NCBI RefSeq assembly: GCF_009914755.1
Contig: NC_060927.1
Reading direction: 5' to 3' (one strand)
Source: the human T2T-CHM13v2.0 reference genome, Homo sapiens
Length of the DNA: 64,000 nt
The translations under genes and the position numbers were made by a program. The number at the start of each line of letters is the position of its first letter. Position 1 is the first letter of the stretch. Shown here one piece after another: positions 30,881 to 43,152 of this stretch. Under the pieces are notes generated by a model. The model was not told the origin of the DNA and did no database searches. It worked only from the letters and a program-made list of their open reading frames with translations.

Positions 30881-31725
30881 CAAATAAACATAACAGGAGG
30901 GAAGTAAGAAAGAGGGGGAACTAAAGAGGTCCTAACCTTTTTCAGCAACAGAAACACTGATTTAATAACCATCCATAGATGAAATACTTTTATGAAAGCT
31001 CTGGAATTCAGGGTAGAGGTTGCAGCAGTGTGGACCACAAAAATGGGTAAAATGCACTGAAAGACTAAGAAGAACAGTTTTACTTTACCTGCATTACACC
31101 TGTCCCAAGCTGGCACAGCCCAGTGTCAAGAGAGATCATCTTGGCCTGTGAGTTCTCCCATGGGAGATAGATGAAAGTGTGTATGGGACATCCCCAGCAT
31201 TTAGATGCATTACTTGAGAGGCACACATGTAATCCCTCACCCAGGACGCTGAGGCAATCAACACATCTAGATCATCTGGAAGTAGCTAAGAACAACAAAA
31301 AAATGTGCAGGCTGTCAACAACCACAGCACAGATCTCAGTAGTCAGCTTGCAGACCCTAGTGGTGGGCTTGCCCAACTGTGGATCCTAGCGCTGGGACCA
31401 TTAAACAACCCTGCCAAATGGCTAGCCTGTAGACCTTGCCAATTGGCTCTCCCAGAGTCTTTGGCCGGACTTAATGATGAAGGGCTTTTACTGCTGAAGC
31501 CAGTCTATAAAGGCTAGAATATGTAAATGCTTCTTCAAAAGTACAGATACCAACGTGAGGATACAAAGATCATGAAGAATCAGGAAAAAATGACAACACC
31601 AAAGGAATAAAATAAAGCTCCAGTAACTGACACAAAAGATATGGAAATCTATAAACTACCTGACAAGGAAGTTAAAATAATCATCCTAAAGAAGATCACT
31701 GAGCCCTAAGAGAACACAGATAAGC

Positions 31726-34700
31726 AAAGGCAGTCACAACAACCTAGTCATTAAAGGAGCATACCTCAAGATAATAAGGGTCATCTATGACAAACCCACA
31801 GTACACATCATACCAAATGGGCAAAAAGTTGAGGCATTCTCCTTGAGTCCTGGAACAAAACAAGGATGCCAAATCTCAGTGCTCCTATTCAACATAGTAC
31901 TGGAAGTCCTAGCCAGAGCAATCAGGAAAGATAAAGAAATAAAATCAAAATATGAAGTGAGGAATTTAAACTATCTCTCTTGGCAGATGATATAATACTA
32001 TACCTAGAAAACCCCATAGTCTCTATCCAAAGGATCCTGGATTTGATAACAACTTCAGCAGAGATTCAGGGTACAAAATCAATGTACAAAAAGCAGAAAA
32101 AGGCTTTCGATCATCGTGGTGGATGGGAGACAGGACTAGATTGCAACTCTGGACAGAGCAGCGTGCAGAAGCTTGCACTGTGAATTTTAGCTCCAGATCA
32201 ATGGTAACAACAAACCAGGAATCCTGAGAGGACCCACAGACCCTCTGAAGGAAGTAAACTGCTCTTGCAGGATATGAGAGACACCCCAAATACTGTGAGT
32301 GCCCCAACTGTGGAAGTGGGAAAGAGAAATCCTCCTCTCCCAAACACACACCCACACTGGAGAAGCTGAAGTTCTGTTGCGGGAGAAGTTTCTGACTTTA
32401 CCTGGAGCTGACTCAATTCAGAGGGCCGAGCCAAATACAGAGGTAGAGGAAGCAACAGAAAGGCCCTGAGAGCTCACTATGTCCCCTAGCAGGCCATTTC
32501 TGTCTGACATTACAGGAATCCATTGGGAGGGTGACCATAGGAGCAGGGGGTAAAACAGGGGGAAGGAAATCTCTAGCTGAACTTTGTAACAATTTGAACA
32601 GGACAAGAAGCTTCCCGGCCAGACTCGGGGAAGGGTACAAATCCAGTGTGCAGACTCCACAGGCAGGGGGAAGAAACACCCGTTTTCTTTTGAAGCTGGG
32701 AGGCAGGTAGCCCAGGGCAAGTTTTCAAGCTCATCACCCCCTCCACCTGGAAACAGACTTGGGGCTGTTGAGGGGAGGGGGCACAGTGGGAGTGAGACCA
32801 GCCCTTCAGTTTGTGTGGGAGCTGGGTGGGGCCTGTGACTGCTGGCTTTCCCCCGTTTCCCTGACAACCTACATGACTCAGCAGAGACAGCCATAATCAT
32901 CCTAGGTACACAACAACAGTGACCTGGGAATCTCACCCCCATCCCCCACAGCAGCTGCAGCAAGACCCGCCCAAGTCTGAGATTGGATGCCCCAACCCCA
33001 CCTGACGATCCTTCCCTATATACCCTGGTAATGGAAGACAAAGGGCATATAATCTTGGAAATTCTAGGGCCCTGCCCACCTCTGGTCCCTCTCTGTACTA
33101 CTAAAGCTGTTGCTTTCTGGAAAGTGCCACCACCTGGCAGGAGGCCAACTAGCACAAAAATAGAGCATTAAACCACAAAAGCTAAGAACCCCCACAGAGT
33201 CCATTGCACCCCCCACCACCTCCACCAGAACAGGTGCTGATATCCACGGCTGAAAGACCCATAGATGGTTCACATCACAGGACTCTGTGCAGACAACCCC
33301 CAGTACCAGCCCAGAGCCAGGTAGACTCACTGGGTGACTAGACCCAGAAGACAGACAATCACTGCAGTTTGGCTTACAGGAAGCCAAATCCATAGGAGAA
33401 GGAGGAAGGTACTACATCAAGGGAACACCCCGTGGGACAAAAGAATCTGAACAGCCTTCTCTGACAGAGCCTACCCAAATGAGGAGGAACCAGAAAACCA
33501 ACACTGGTAATATGACAAAACAAGGCTCATCAACCCTCCCCCAAAATCATACTAGTTTACCAGCAATGGATCCAAATCAAGAAGAAATCCCTGATTTACC
33601 CAAAAAAGAATTCAGGAAGTTAGTTATTAAGCTAATCAGGGAGGAACCAGAGAAAGACAAAGCTCAATGCAAGGAAATCCAAAAACTTATACAAGAAGTA
33701 TATATGCATGTATATATGTGATGGAATACTATGCAGCTATAAAAAGGAATGAATTAACAGCATTTGTAGTCACCTGGATGAGATTGAAGAGTATTATTCT
33801 AATTGAAGTAACTCAGGAATGGAAAACCACACATCATATGTTCTCACTGATATGTGATACATCCTAAGCTATGAGGACACAAAGGCATAAGAATGATTCA
33901 ATGGACTTTGGGGACTTGAGGGGAAGAGAGGGAGGGGGGTGAGGGATAAAAGACTACAAATATGGTGCAGTGTATACTGCTTGGGTGATGGGTGCACCAA
34001 AATCTCACAAATCACCACTAAAGAACTTACTATATAACCAAATACCACCTGTACTCCAATAACTTATTGAAAAAAATCCGAAGCATTTCTATACACCAAT
34101 AATGTCCAAGCTGAGAGCCAAATCAAGAATGCAATCCCAGTCACAATAGCCACAAAAAGAATAGAATACCTAGGAATCCAACTAACCAGGGAGGTGAACC
34201 ATCTCTACAATGAGAATTACAAAACACTGCTGAAAGAAATCAGAGATGACACAAACAAATAGAAAAACATTCCATGCTTATGGACAGGAAGACTTGATAT
34301 TGTTAACTTAGCCATCCTACCCAAAGCAATGTACAGATTCAGTGCTATTTCTATCAAATTACCAAAGACATTTTTCACAGAGTTAGAAATAATTATTTTA
34401 AAATTCATATGGAACCATAAAAGAGTCTGAGTAGCCAAAGTAATCCAAAGCAAAAACAAAACAAAACAAAAAACAAAATTGAAGGCCAAAGGCATTACAC
34501 TACCCAGCTTCAAACTACAGTACAAGCCTATACAGTAACTAAAACAGCATGGTACTAATACTAAAACAAACACATGGAACAATGGAATAGGTTAGAGAAC
34601 CTAGGAATAAAACCACACACCTACAATCATCTGATCTTCAACAAAGTCAACAATAATACACAATGGGAAAAGGACTCCCCATTTAGTAAATGATGCTAGG

Positions 34701-35845
34701 ATAACTTAGTAGCCATATGTAGAACATTGAAACTTGACCTTTACCATTCACCATATACAAAACCAACTCAAGGTGGATTAAAGACTTAAATGTAGATCCT
34801 AATGCTATGAAAACATTGCAACAAAATAAAAATTGACAAGTGGTACTTCATTAAACTAAAGAGCTTCTGCACAACAACAACATAAAAACTATCAACAGAG
34901 TAAACAGACAGCCTACTGAATGAGAGAAAATATTTGCAGACTATGCATCTGACAAAAGGCTAATATCCAAAATCTATAAGAAACTCAAATCTATAAGCAG
35001 AAAACAACCTCATTAAAATGGGCAAAGGACATTAACAAACACTTCTGAAAAGAAGACATACGCGTGGTCAACAAGCACATGAAAAAAATGCTCAACATCA
35101 CTTATCATTATGTTAATACAAATCAAAACCACAGTGTTGCCTCAAACCAGTTAGAATGGTGATTATTAAAAAGTAAAAAAATAACAGATTCTGATGAAGT
35201 TGTTGAGAAAAGGGAATGCTTATGCACTACTGATAGGAATGTAAATTAGTTCAGCCACTGTGGGAAGCAGTTTGGAGATTTCTCAAAGAACTTAAAATAG
35301 AACTGCCATTTAACTCAGTAATTTTATTACTGGGTATACACCCAAAGGACTATACACTGATCTACCATAAAGACACATGCACATGTATATTCCTTGCAGC
35401 AATATTTACAAGAGCAAATATGTGAAATCAAACTAGATGCCCTCTCATGGTGGACTGGATTAAGAAAATGTACCTATACACCATGGAATACTGTGCAGCT
35501 GTAAAAATGAATGAAATCATGTCTTTTCCAGAAACATGGATGGAGCTAGAGGTTATTATTCCAAGCAAAGTAATGCAGGAACAGAGAACCAAATACTGCA
35601 TGTTCTCACATATAAGAAGTTAAACAATGAGTACACATGGACACAAAGAAAAGAAAAATACACACTGAGACCTATTTGAGGATAGAGTTTGAAAAGAGGA
35701 TAAGGATTGAAAAACTACCTACCATGTATTATGCAGATTACCTTGATGATATTATCTGTACACAAATCCCCCATGACATTCAATTTACCCATGTAACAAA
35801 CATGTAAATGTCCACCTTCAACCTAAAATAGAAGTTGGAAGGAGA
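31726..35845 (+). mobile_element. 5'-truncated L1 (L1PA16/PB4-like), itself interrupted by a deleted L1PB
   Basis: ORF2 RT remnant ([11 protein letters not shown]) at 31726-32108 resumes at 34076 (gcatttctatacaccaat) and runs to a 3'UTR ending aacctaaaatagaagttgg. Confidence 0.8.
32109..34075 (+). mobile_element. L1PB with complete 5'UTR joined directly to its 3' end
   Basis: L1PBa-type 5' end (gatgggagacaggactagattgcaactc), ORF1 start (MRRNQKTNTGNMTKQG...), junction at ~33700 to the ORF2 C-terminus (MEYYAAIKRNE...), then L1PB 3'UTR and A tail. Confidence 0.85.
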
Positions 35846-38179
35846 TTACAAAATGAAATCTGGAAAATAATACATGAACAAAACTAGAAATTCAACAAAA
35901 ATATGGGAATCATAAAATCTAGAGCTAGGAGTAAAATGAACTAAAAAATTGAATAGAGACCTTTAACAGCAGACTAATGAAGCAAAAAAAAATCAATAAA
36001 ATAGAAGTCAGGTCATTTGGAATTATCCAGTTATAGGAGTAAAAAGGAAAAGAAATGGAAAAAAGAAAGCTTATGCAACTTATGGGACACCAACAGGGTA
36101 GCAAATATATGTGTTCTGGAAGTCTTAGAAGGAGAAGAAAAAAAGGTGGAAGCCTTATTTAAATAAATAATGACTGAAAATTCCCAAGTCTTGGGAAAAA
36201 AACTGACATCCAGATTCACAAAGCTTAAAAGATTCCAAAGAGTTTGAAACTAAAAATACCTACATTAAAACCCATTATAATTGAATTGCCAAAGTCAAAG
36301 AGAAATAGAGAAGTTTGAAAATAGCAAGGCAGAAATGACTCATCACATACAAAGGAACCTCCATAAAACTATCAATGTATTTTTCAGCAGAAACTTAGCA
36401 AGTCAGGAGAGATTGCAATGATATATTCAAAGGGCTAAAAGGAAAAACTGCCAACCAAAAGTAATGTATCTGGAAAAAAAAAACCCTTTAACAATGAAAT
36501 TTCAATAAAAACTTTTTCAGAGAAAAAAATTAGGGAGTCTATTACAATTAAACCTGCCTTTCAGAAAGTACTGAAGGGAGTTCTTCAAGTTGAAATTAGA
36601 AACATGCTAAAAGGCAATATGAAAGCATATAAAAAGGTAAATATATAGACAAATGCAGATCAGTATAATAACAGTGATGCTACACAAATCACTTTTAACT
36701 CTATTGAAAAAGTTAAAAGACAAAGGTAATAAGTATAACTAAAAAATAATGAATACATCATATAAGAAGTAGTAAAATCTGATATTAGTAACATGAAATG
36801 TGTGTGGTGGGAAATGTATAGAATTTTTATGTGATTGAAGTTAAGTTGCTAGTAGCTTAAAATAGACTGTTATAACAATAAAACAGTTCATGGTCACTAC
36901 AAAGAAAAATAAACGTATAGTAGATACACAAATATAAAGAGAAAGGAATCAGAACGTATCCCTAAATATCATCATCAAATCAAAAAGGATTACATCAAGA
37001 GAAAAGAGGAACAAAAGAACTTCAAAACAGACAGAAAACAATGAACAAAATGACAATAGTAAGTCCTTACTAATCGATAATTACTTTAAATGTAAATGAA
37101 CTAAACACCCCAATCAAAAGCCATCAAGTGACTAAATGGATACAGAAACAGCATACAACTATTTTCTTTAAACAGGAAACTCTGTTTGTATTTAAGAACA
37201 GAAATTAAACGTGAAGGAATGATAAAAGATATTTAGTGGAAATGGCAACCAAAATATAGCAGGATTGGCTGTACCTATTTCAGACAAAATAGACTTTAAG
37301 TCCAAAGCTCTCACAGGAGAAAAGGACATTTTATAAAGATAAAAGGGTCAACCTACTAAAAAGTTTTAACCTTTATAAATATATATGCACCCAAAATCAG
37401 AACACCTAAATATATAAACATTGAAAGAACTTATGGGGGAAACAGCAATAGAATAATAGTAGGAGACTCCAATACCCTACTTCTAATAATGGACAGAACA
37501 TTCAGACAGAAGATCCATTTGGAAACAGAGGACTTTAATAACATTATGGATCAAATGAACCTAATGAAACATTTCATTCAATGATAGCAGATACCCATTC
37601 TTCTCAAGGGCACGTGTATATTTTTCCAGGATAGAGAAATTTTTCTCACATGTTAGTCACAAAGGAAGTCTTAACAAATTTCAGAAGACTGATATCTTAC
37701 TAATTACCTTACTTGACCACAATGGAGTGAAATTAGAAATCAGTACTCGAAAGAAAACTAGAAAATCCAAAAATATGTAAAAATTAAACAACATAGCCTT
37801 GAACAACCACAATGAGTCAAAGAAGAAATCAAAAAGGAGATTAGAAAATATCTCCAGATAAAAATGAAAACACAACATATGAAACTTTATGGCATACAGC
37901 AAAAGTAGTACTAAGAGAGAAATTTATAGCAATAAATGACTACAATAAAGGAAGAATGATCTAAATAAGCAATCTAACTCTACATCTCAAGAAAACAGAA
38001 AAACAATAACCTATCCCCAAAGTTAACAGAGAAGAAAATGATTATTCAAGCATAAATAAATAAAATGGAGAATAGAAAATCAATAAAAATACAACTGAGT
38101 TGTTTTTTTGAAAAGATCAATATGTCTTTAGCTAGACTAAGAAAAAAATGTAGGCAAAGACTCTAATAAAATTAGAAAT

Positions 38180-38482
38180 CGCTGAATGCAGTGGCTCACA
38201 CCAGTAATCCCAGCATTTTGGGAGGGTGAGGCAGGTGGATTACGAAGTCAGGAGTTCGAGAGCAGCCTGGACAACACGGTGAAACCCCCATCTCTACTAA
38301 AAATACATAAATTAGCCAGGTATGGTGGGACATGCCTGTAATCCTAGCTACTCAGGAGGCTGAAGCAGGAGAATCGCTTGAACTCGGGAAGTGGAGGTTG
38401 CAGTGAGCCAAGATCATGCCATTGCACTCTGGCCTGAGTGACAGAGTGAGACTCTGTCTCAAAAAAAAAAAAAAAAAAAAAA
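38180..38482 (+). mobile_element. AluS (Sg-like)
   Basis: Alu dimer with a 22-A tail. Confidence 0.93.
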
Positions 38483-38986
38483 GAGAAATTAAAAAGGAGA
38501 CATTATCACTGATGCCACATAAAAAAATTATAAGAAACTATTAAAAACAATTATAAACCAACAAATTGGACAACCTAAAAAAAGAGAATACATTTTAAAG
38601 AACATACAATCTACCAAGACTAAATTAAGACACAGAAAGCCTGAAAGAACCAATAACAAATAAAGAGGTTGAGACAGTAATTAAAAACCTCCCCCCTAAA
38701 AAACATCCCTTGTTCAGATGGCTTTACAGGGGAATTTTACCAACCTTTTGAAGAATTATCACCAATTCTTCTTAAAGTTTCCCAAAAAATAGAAGATAGA
38801 ATACTTCCACACTCATTTTATGAGTCTTGTATCACCCTGATTCCAAAGTAAGAAAAAGACATCACAAGAAAAGAAAAGTACAGGCTGATATACTTAATAA
38901 ACATAGATGCAAAAATCCTGTTTGCAGATGACATGATCTTATATTTAGAAAACTCTAAAGATGTCATTAAAAAAAGGGTTAGACCT

Positions 38987-39487
38987 TGCCAAGACCAGCT
39001 CAGTTGTGGAGACCCTAACCCAGCAGCACTAGAGGAATTAAAGACACACACACAGAAATATAGAGGTGTGAAGTCGGAAATCAGGGGTTTCAGAGCCTTC
39101 AGAGCTGAGAGCCCCAAACAGAGATTTACCCACATATTTATTAACAGCAAGCCAGTCATTAGCATTGTTTCTATAGATTTTAAATTAACTAAAAGTATCC
39201 CTTTGGATGGGCCAAATTAAAGGAATAGGTTGGGCTAGTTAACTGCAGCAGGAGCATGTCCTTAAGGCACAGATTGCTCATGCTATTGTTTGTGGCTTAA
39301 GAATGCCTTTAAGCGGTTTTCCACCCTGGGTGGGCCAGGTGTTCCTTGCCCTCATTCCAGTAAACCCACAACCTTCCAGCGTGAGCTTTATGGCCATCAC
39401 AAACATGTCACAGTGCTACAGAGATTCTGTTTATGGCCAGTTTTGGGGCCAGTTTGTGGCCAGATTGTGGGGGGCTTGTTCCCAACA
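38987..39487 (-). repeat. 3' LTR (MER9-type)
   Basis: Starts TGTTGGGAACAAGCCCCCC, ends CTTGGCA; AATAAA at 39137-39142 (minus strand). Confidence 0.95.
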
Positions 39488-39503
39488 TGTCCCCCTTCTC
39501 TGA
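39488..39503 (-). promoter_or_regulatory. Polypurine tract
   Basis: AGAGAAGGGGGACA immediately before the TG of the 3' LTR. Confidence 0.85.
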
Positions 39504-40617
39504 TTTGCAAATCAATAAAAGCAAAGGCAGCTTTGTCATGGTGAGCTACTTCTCACAGGAGTCAGGATCCACATCAGCAGACTATACAAAGACAAACAAC
39601 ACAGATTAAAAGCATAATCATCATTGAAATCACAGAGCTTCCAAGTGTTTTTATCCATTTTAATGGGTTACTAGCTGCTAATTTGTTTGTAACTCCTTCA
39701 AGCACTCCAGTTCCTGACATTAAGGTCAGGTGTGCCTGGGATGCTTTAAATATTTGTTCTTTAATTTTGCAACATCCAAAGACAAGTTTGTAGAGTGTCT
39801 TTCTAGGTGTGTTTTTATTCTTTCCCAAATTTTGATCTTATTAACAGCTATTAATAGTTTCCACAAATCCTTATGTTTAGCTCCTACAACGAACCATATC
39901 ATTTGAGGTTGAGGTGCCACTATACCACCATGGTTCCAGATAATAGGAACTTTTGCTGTACTTCTTATCATTTCTACCATCTGACCATTTTGTTCAGATC
40001 AGCTGAACACAGTGTGGCCATGGCACACAGACCGAGAGGTGCAATTTAAGCTAAACATCCCCTTAGGGGACCAATCAATAATGATTCCACAGGAATCATT
40101 GTGCAGCACCTCTGCCTATTCTGCAAAGCAATCTTCCTAAACAAGTACGTTCATTATTTCTGGCCAGGTTCTATTTTGTTTACAAATAGGTTTTTGAAGG
40201 TGGTATGCCTCAATTATAGGAGCAGATTTATTATGGTAAATACTGAGATCAGAAAGCATGTGTAACTGTGTCATAGAGTGATTATGTCCAGGCATTGTTT
40301 CCAGCCAAGATTGATAAATATGCCCAATAAGTATAATTGTTCTCTGTGTCAGCCCTTGTTGAAGGAATACTCATGGCAGTGGTGATAACCGCTATCATAG
40401 CTACCATTAAATTACTCATTGTGACTGGCTGTCCCGCTTTCCTCAGGTTTTCTTCTGCCTTCTGTGACAGCTTCTTGATCTGTCCCCAGGTGGGTGGCTG
40501 TGTTCGACGGGTGTTGCTTGTGACAGTTGGGGTCCTCCTCAGCGTCAGCCTTGACATGGCTGCAACCGAGGGGTCCTTGGAATCCTCCTGGGATCTCTTC
40601 CTCAACATCTGGCTCAT
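39490..40617 (-). pseudogene. env: env remnant (signal peptide, part of SU, C-terminal TM) with two large deletions
   Basis: PPTWGQIKKL...NYTYWAY (signal peptide/SU start); IIIDWSPKG and HKDLWKLL (SU); NLSLDVAKLKEQIFKASQAHL...NPLKWIKTLG...LLICVVCLCIVC (TM). All align by eye to HML-2 Env. Stops and frameshifts present. Confidence 0.9.
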
Positions 40618-42230
40618 GTTAAGGTTTCAGGTGTCTTGATGATATCCAAATCAGCTGTTGATTTTGGCCTGGAGAAATACAAGCATAACCTCTACCCCAA
40701 GTTATTATTTTACCTATTTCCCAACTTTTTGTTATGGGATCTCTCCACCAAATCAGTTGTTCTGCTTCTGTTTTTGCAGCTGGTTTCTGTAGATAACTGT
40801 TCAGCTGCTGATAACATCTGGCCTTTGGGCAGGCTCAAAACATTTAAAGTTAATAATGCTAGATTCAGTTGCATCTGTGGGGTTCCATATTCTCTATTTC
40901 CCCCTTTCTGCTTTTGCAAATGCTGTTTTAGGGAGAGATTCATTCTTTCCACTATGGCTTGTCCTTGAAAATTGTATGGGATACCAGTAATGTGTTTAAT
41001 ATTCCACATAGAGAAAAATGTAGCTAGAGCTTGGCTAGTATAGCCTGGGGCATTATCTGTTTTAATAGAAGCTGGAATGCCCATCACTGCAAAACACTGC
41101 AAAAGATGATGTTTAACACAGGCAGAAGGCTCTCCTGATTGGCATGTAGCCCAGACAAAGTGAGAAAAGGTATCCACACATATATGTCCATAAGCTAGTC
41201 TCCAAAATGAGGGAATATGTGTGACATCCATTTGCCAAAGACAGTTAGGTTCCAATCCTTGAGGATTAACTCCTCCAGTAAAAGATGAGGAATGTACCAT
41301 TTGGCAAGTTGGGCATCACTGGATAATATTTTTAGCCTCTTTCCAGGTAATGCTGTCTGTATCTGCGTTTGAGACCAGAGGCATTAACATGGGTTAAATT
41401 GTGAAAATGTCTAGCATTAGATATTGCATTAGCAACTAGGTGATTGGTCATTTGATTCCCTTCAGTCAAAGGTCCTGGAAGAGGTGTATGAGCCCTAATG
41501 TGAGTGATGTAAAAAGGGTGCCTTCTACTTCTAACTGCTGTTTGCAATTGGGTAAATAAAGTCATCAGTTGTTCATCTGTATGAAATTGTAACTGAGCAT
41601 TTTCAATTAACTGTGTGGAATGAACCACATATAAAGAATCAGAAATCACATTAACAGGCATATCAAAAGCAGTCAATACCTCAATTAGAGCTACAAGCTC
41701 TGCTTTTTGAGCTGAAGTATAGGATGTCTGGAAAACTTTACTTTTTGATCCAGAATAAGAAGCTTTACCATTACTAGACCCATCTGTGGAACAATGAAAA
41801 TGCTTAGTAGGCTGCAGGTTGTTTACTGCAGGAATTGTAAACGCAAACCGTTCACAGTCTTGCTCAGCTAAGGGGATAGTAAAGAAACAGTCTCTTAAAT
41901 CTATGACTATTAAAGGCCAATTTTTTGGAATTATAGCAGGAGAAGGCAATCCTGGCCGTAATGCTCCCATAGGCTGTATAACTGAATTGATAGCTCTTAA
42001 GTCAGTTAACATTCTCCATTTACCTGATTTTTTTCTTAATTACAAAAACTGGAGAATTCCAAGGGGAAAATGTTGGAGCTATGTGCCCATTTTCTAATTG
42101 TTCAGTAACTATTTTCTCTAAGGCCTCCAGTTTCTCTTTACTTAGCAGCATTGTTGTATCCAAATTGGCTTATCTGTTAACCATTTTAAAGGTATAGGTT
42201 CTGGAGGCTTAACAATGGCCGCCATCAAAA
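40412..42230 (-). pseudogene. pol: pol remnant: RT N-terminus fused to RNase H, plus integrase
   Basis: [27 protein letters not shown]...IDLRDCFFTIPL (RT), no LPQG or YMDD. TDGSS, AQKAEL and ISDS (RNase H). HxxxH and CPTC zinc motif split by an ACAG duplication at ~41353-41360. WQMDVTH, TDN and AIVER (D,D,E). Confidence 0.93.
40669..40685 (-). promoter_or_regulatory. Putative env splice acceptor
   Basis: GCTTGTATTTCTCCAG|GC at the position homologous to the HML-2 env acceptor; the first downstream ATG is the env start at 40617. Confidence 0.6.
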
Positions 42231-43152
42231 ATTATTTCCTAATCTTTGGCGGGAACTTTGTTTTTCCACTTGAAGCAGTTCTTTCAAACCTTGCAAATTT
42301 TTTTCTAGTCCCATACCAGGGACATGCCCCATTTTATGCATTGTGTGTTGACTTTGAGGGCTATATAATTGTTCTGGAATTAGAACTTGTGCTCCCCATT
42401 GCTGTAATAAATCTCACCCCCATAAATTTATAGGTACAGAAGTTATAATTGGTTGAATAGTCCCAGGTTGTCCATTGGGCCCCTCACAATGCAAAATATA
42501 ACTACTTTGATATACTTCAGGGGCTTTACCAACTCCAACTATGTTAAATTGAGTGGGTTGAATTGGCCACGCGGATGGCCAGTGCTGTAGAGAAATGATT
42601 GAAATGTCCGCTCCTGTATCTACCAAACCTTTAAATTTCTTTCCCTGAATAGTTATTTCACAGGTAGGACGTTTATCAGTAATTTGATTTACCCAATAAG
42701 CTGCTTTGCCTTTTTTATTTGTGCTTCCAAATCTTCTTGTTCATTTAATTTCACTTTTCCCCATTCCCACATATGGCACCATCAGCAGCTGTGCTATACG
42801 CTCTCCTGGCTCTGCTTTCCAGGGAACAGAAGTAGATATAACAATTTGAATTTCCCCATTGTAATCTGAATCAATGACTCCTGTATGTATTTGTACCTCT
42901 TTTAAACTTAAACTAGACCTTACTAAAAGTAATCCTATTGTCCCTCCTGGCAAGGGTCCACAGACTCCTGTTGGGACGTTACACGGGGGTTCCCCAGGCA
43001 GAAGGCTCACAGCTTGTGTGCTGCATAAATCTACTGCAGCACTACTGGCTGTGGCGGGGGACAGACATTGTACAGGGGTGAGGGAATGGCCTGAGCTGGA
43101 AATGCCCCAGTTTAGAACCGGGCCCCGGGATGGGCCCCTCATGGCATTTCCC
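42225..43152 (-). pseudogene. pro: pro: dUTPase, aspartic protease and G-patch, with two in-frame TGA stops
   Basis: dUTPase motifs AAVDL, RSS, GVIDSDYNGEI, ERIAQL, (R>stop)TRRFGST; protease LVDTGAD and NLWG(R>stop)DLL; G-patch MHKMGHVPGMGLEKNLQG (42288-42341). Confidence 0.93.

Noticed and set aside
40710-41300. Integrase core ORF as an active enzyme
   Set aside because: The DDE residues are present, but the N-terminal zinc domain is separated by a 4-bp duplication and a stop, and the C-terminal domain is frameshifted.
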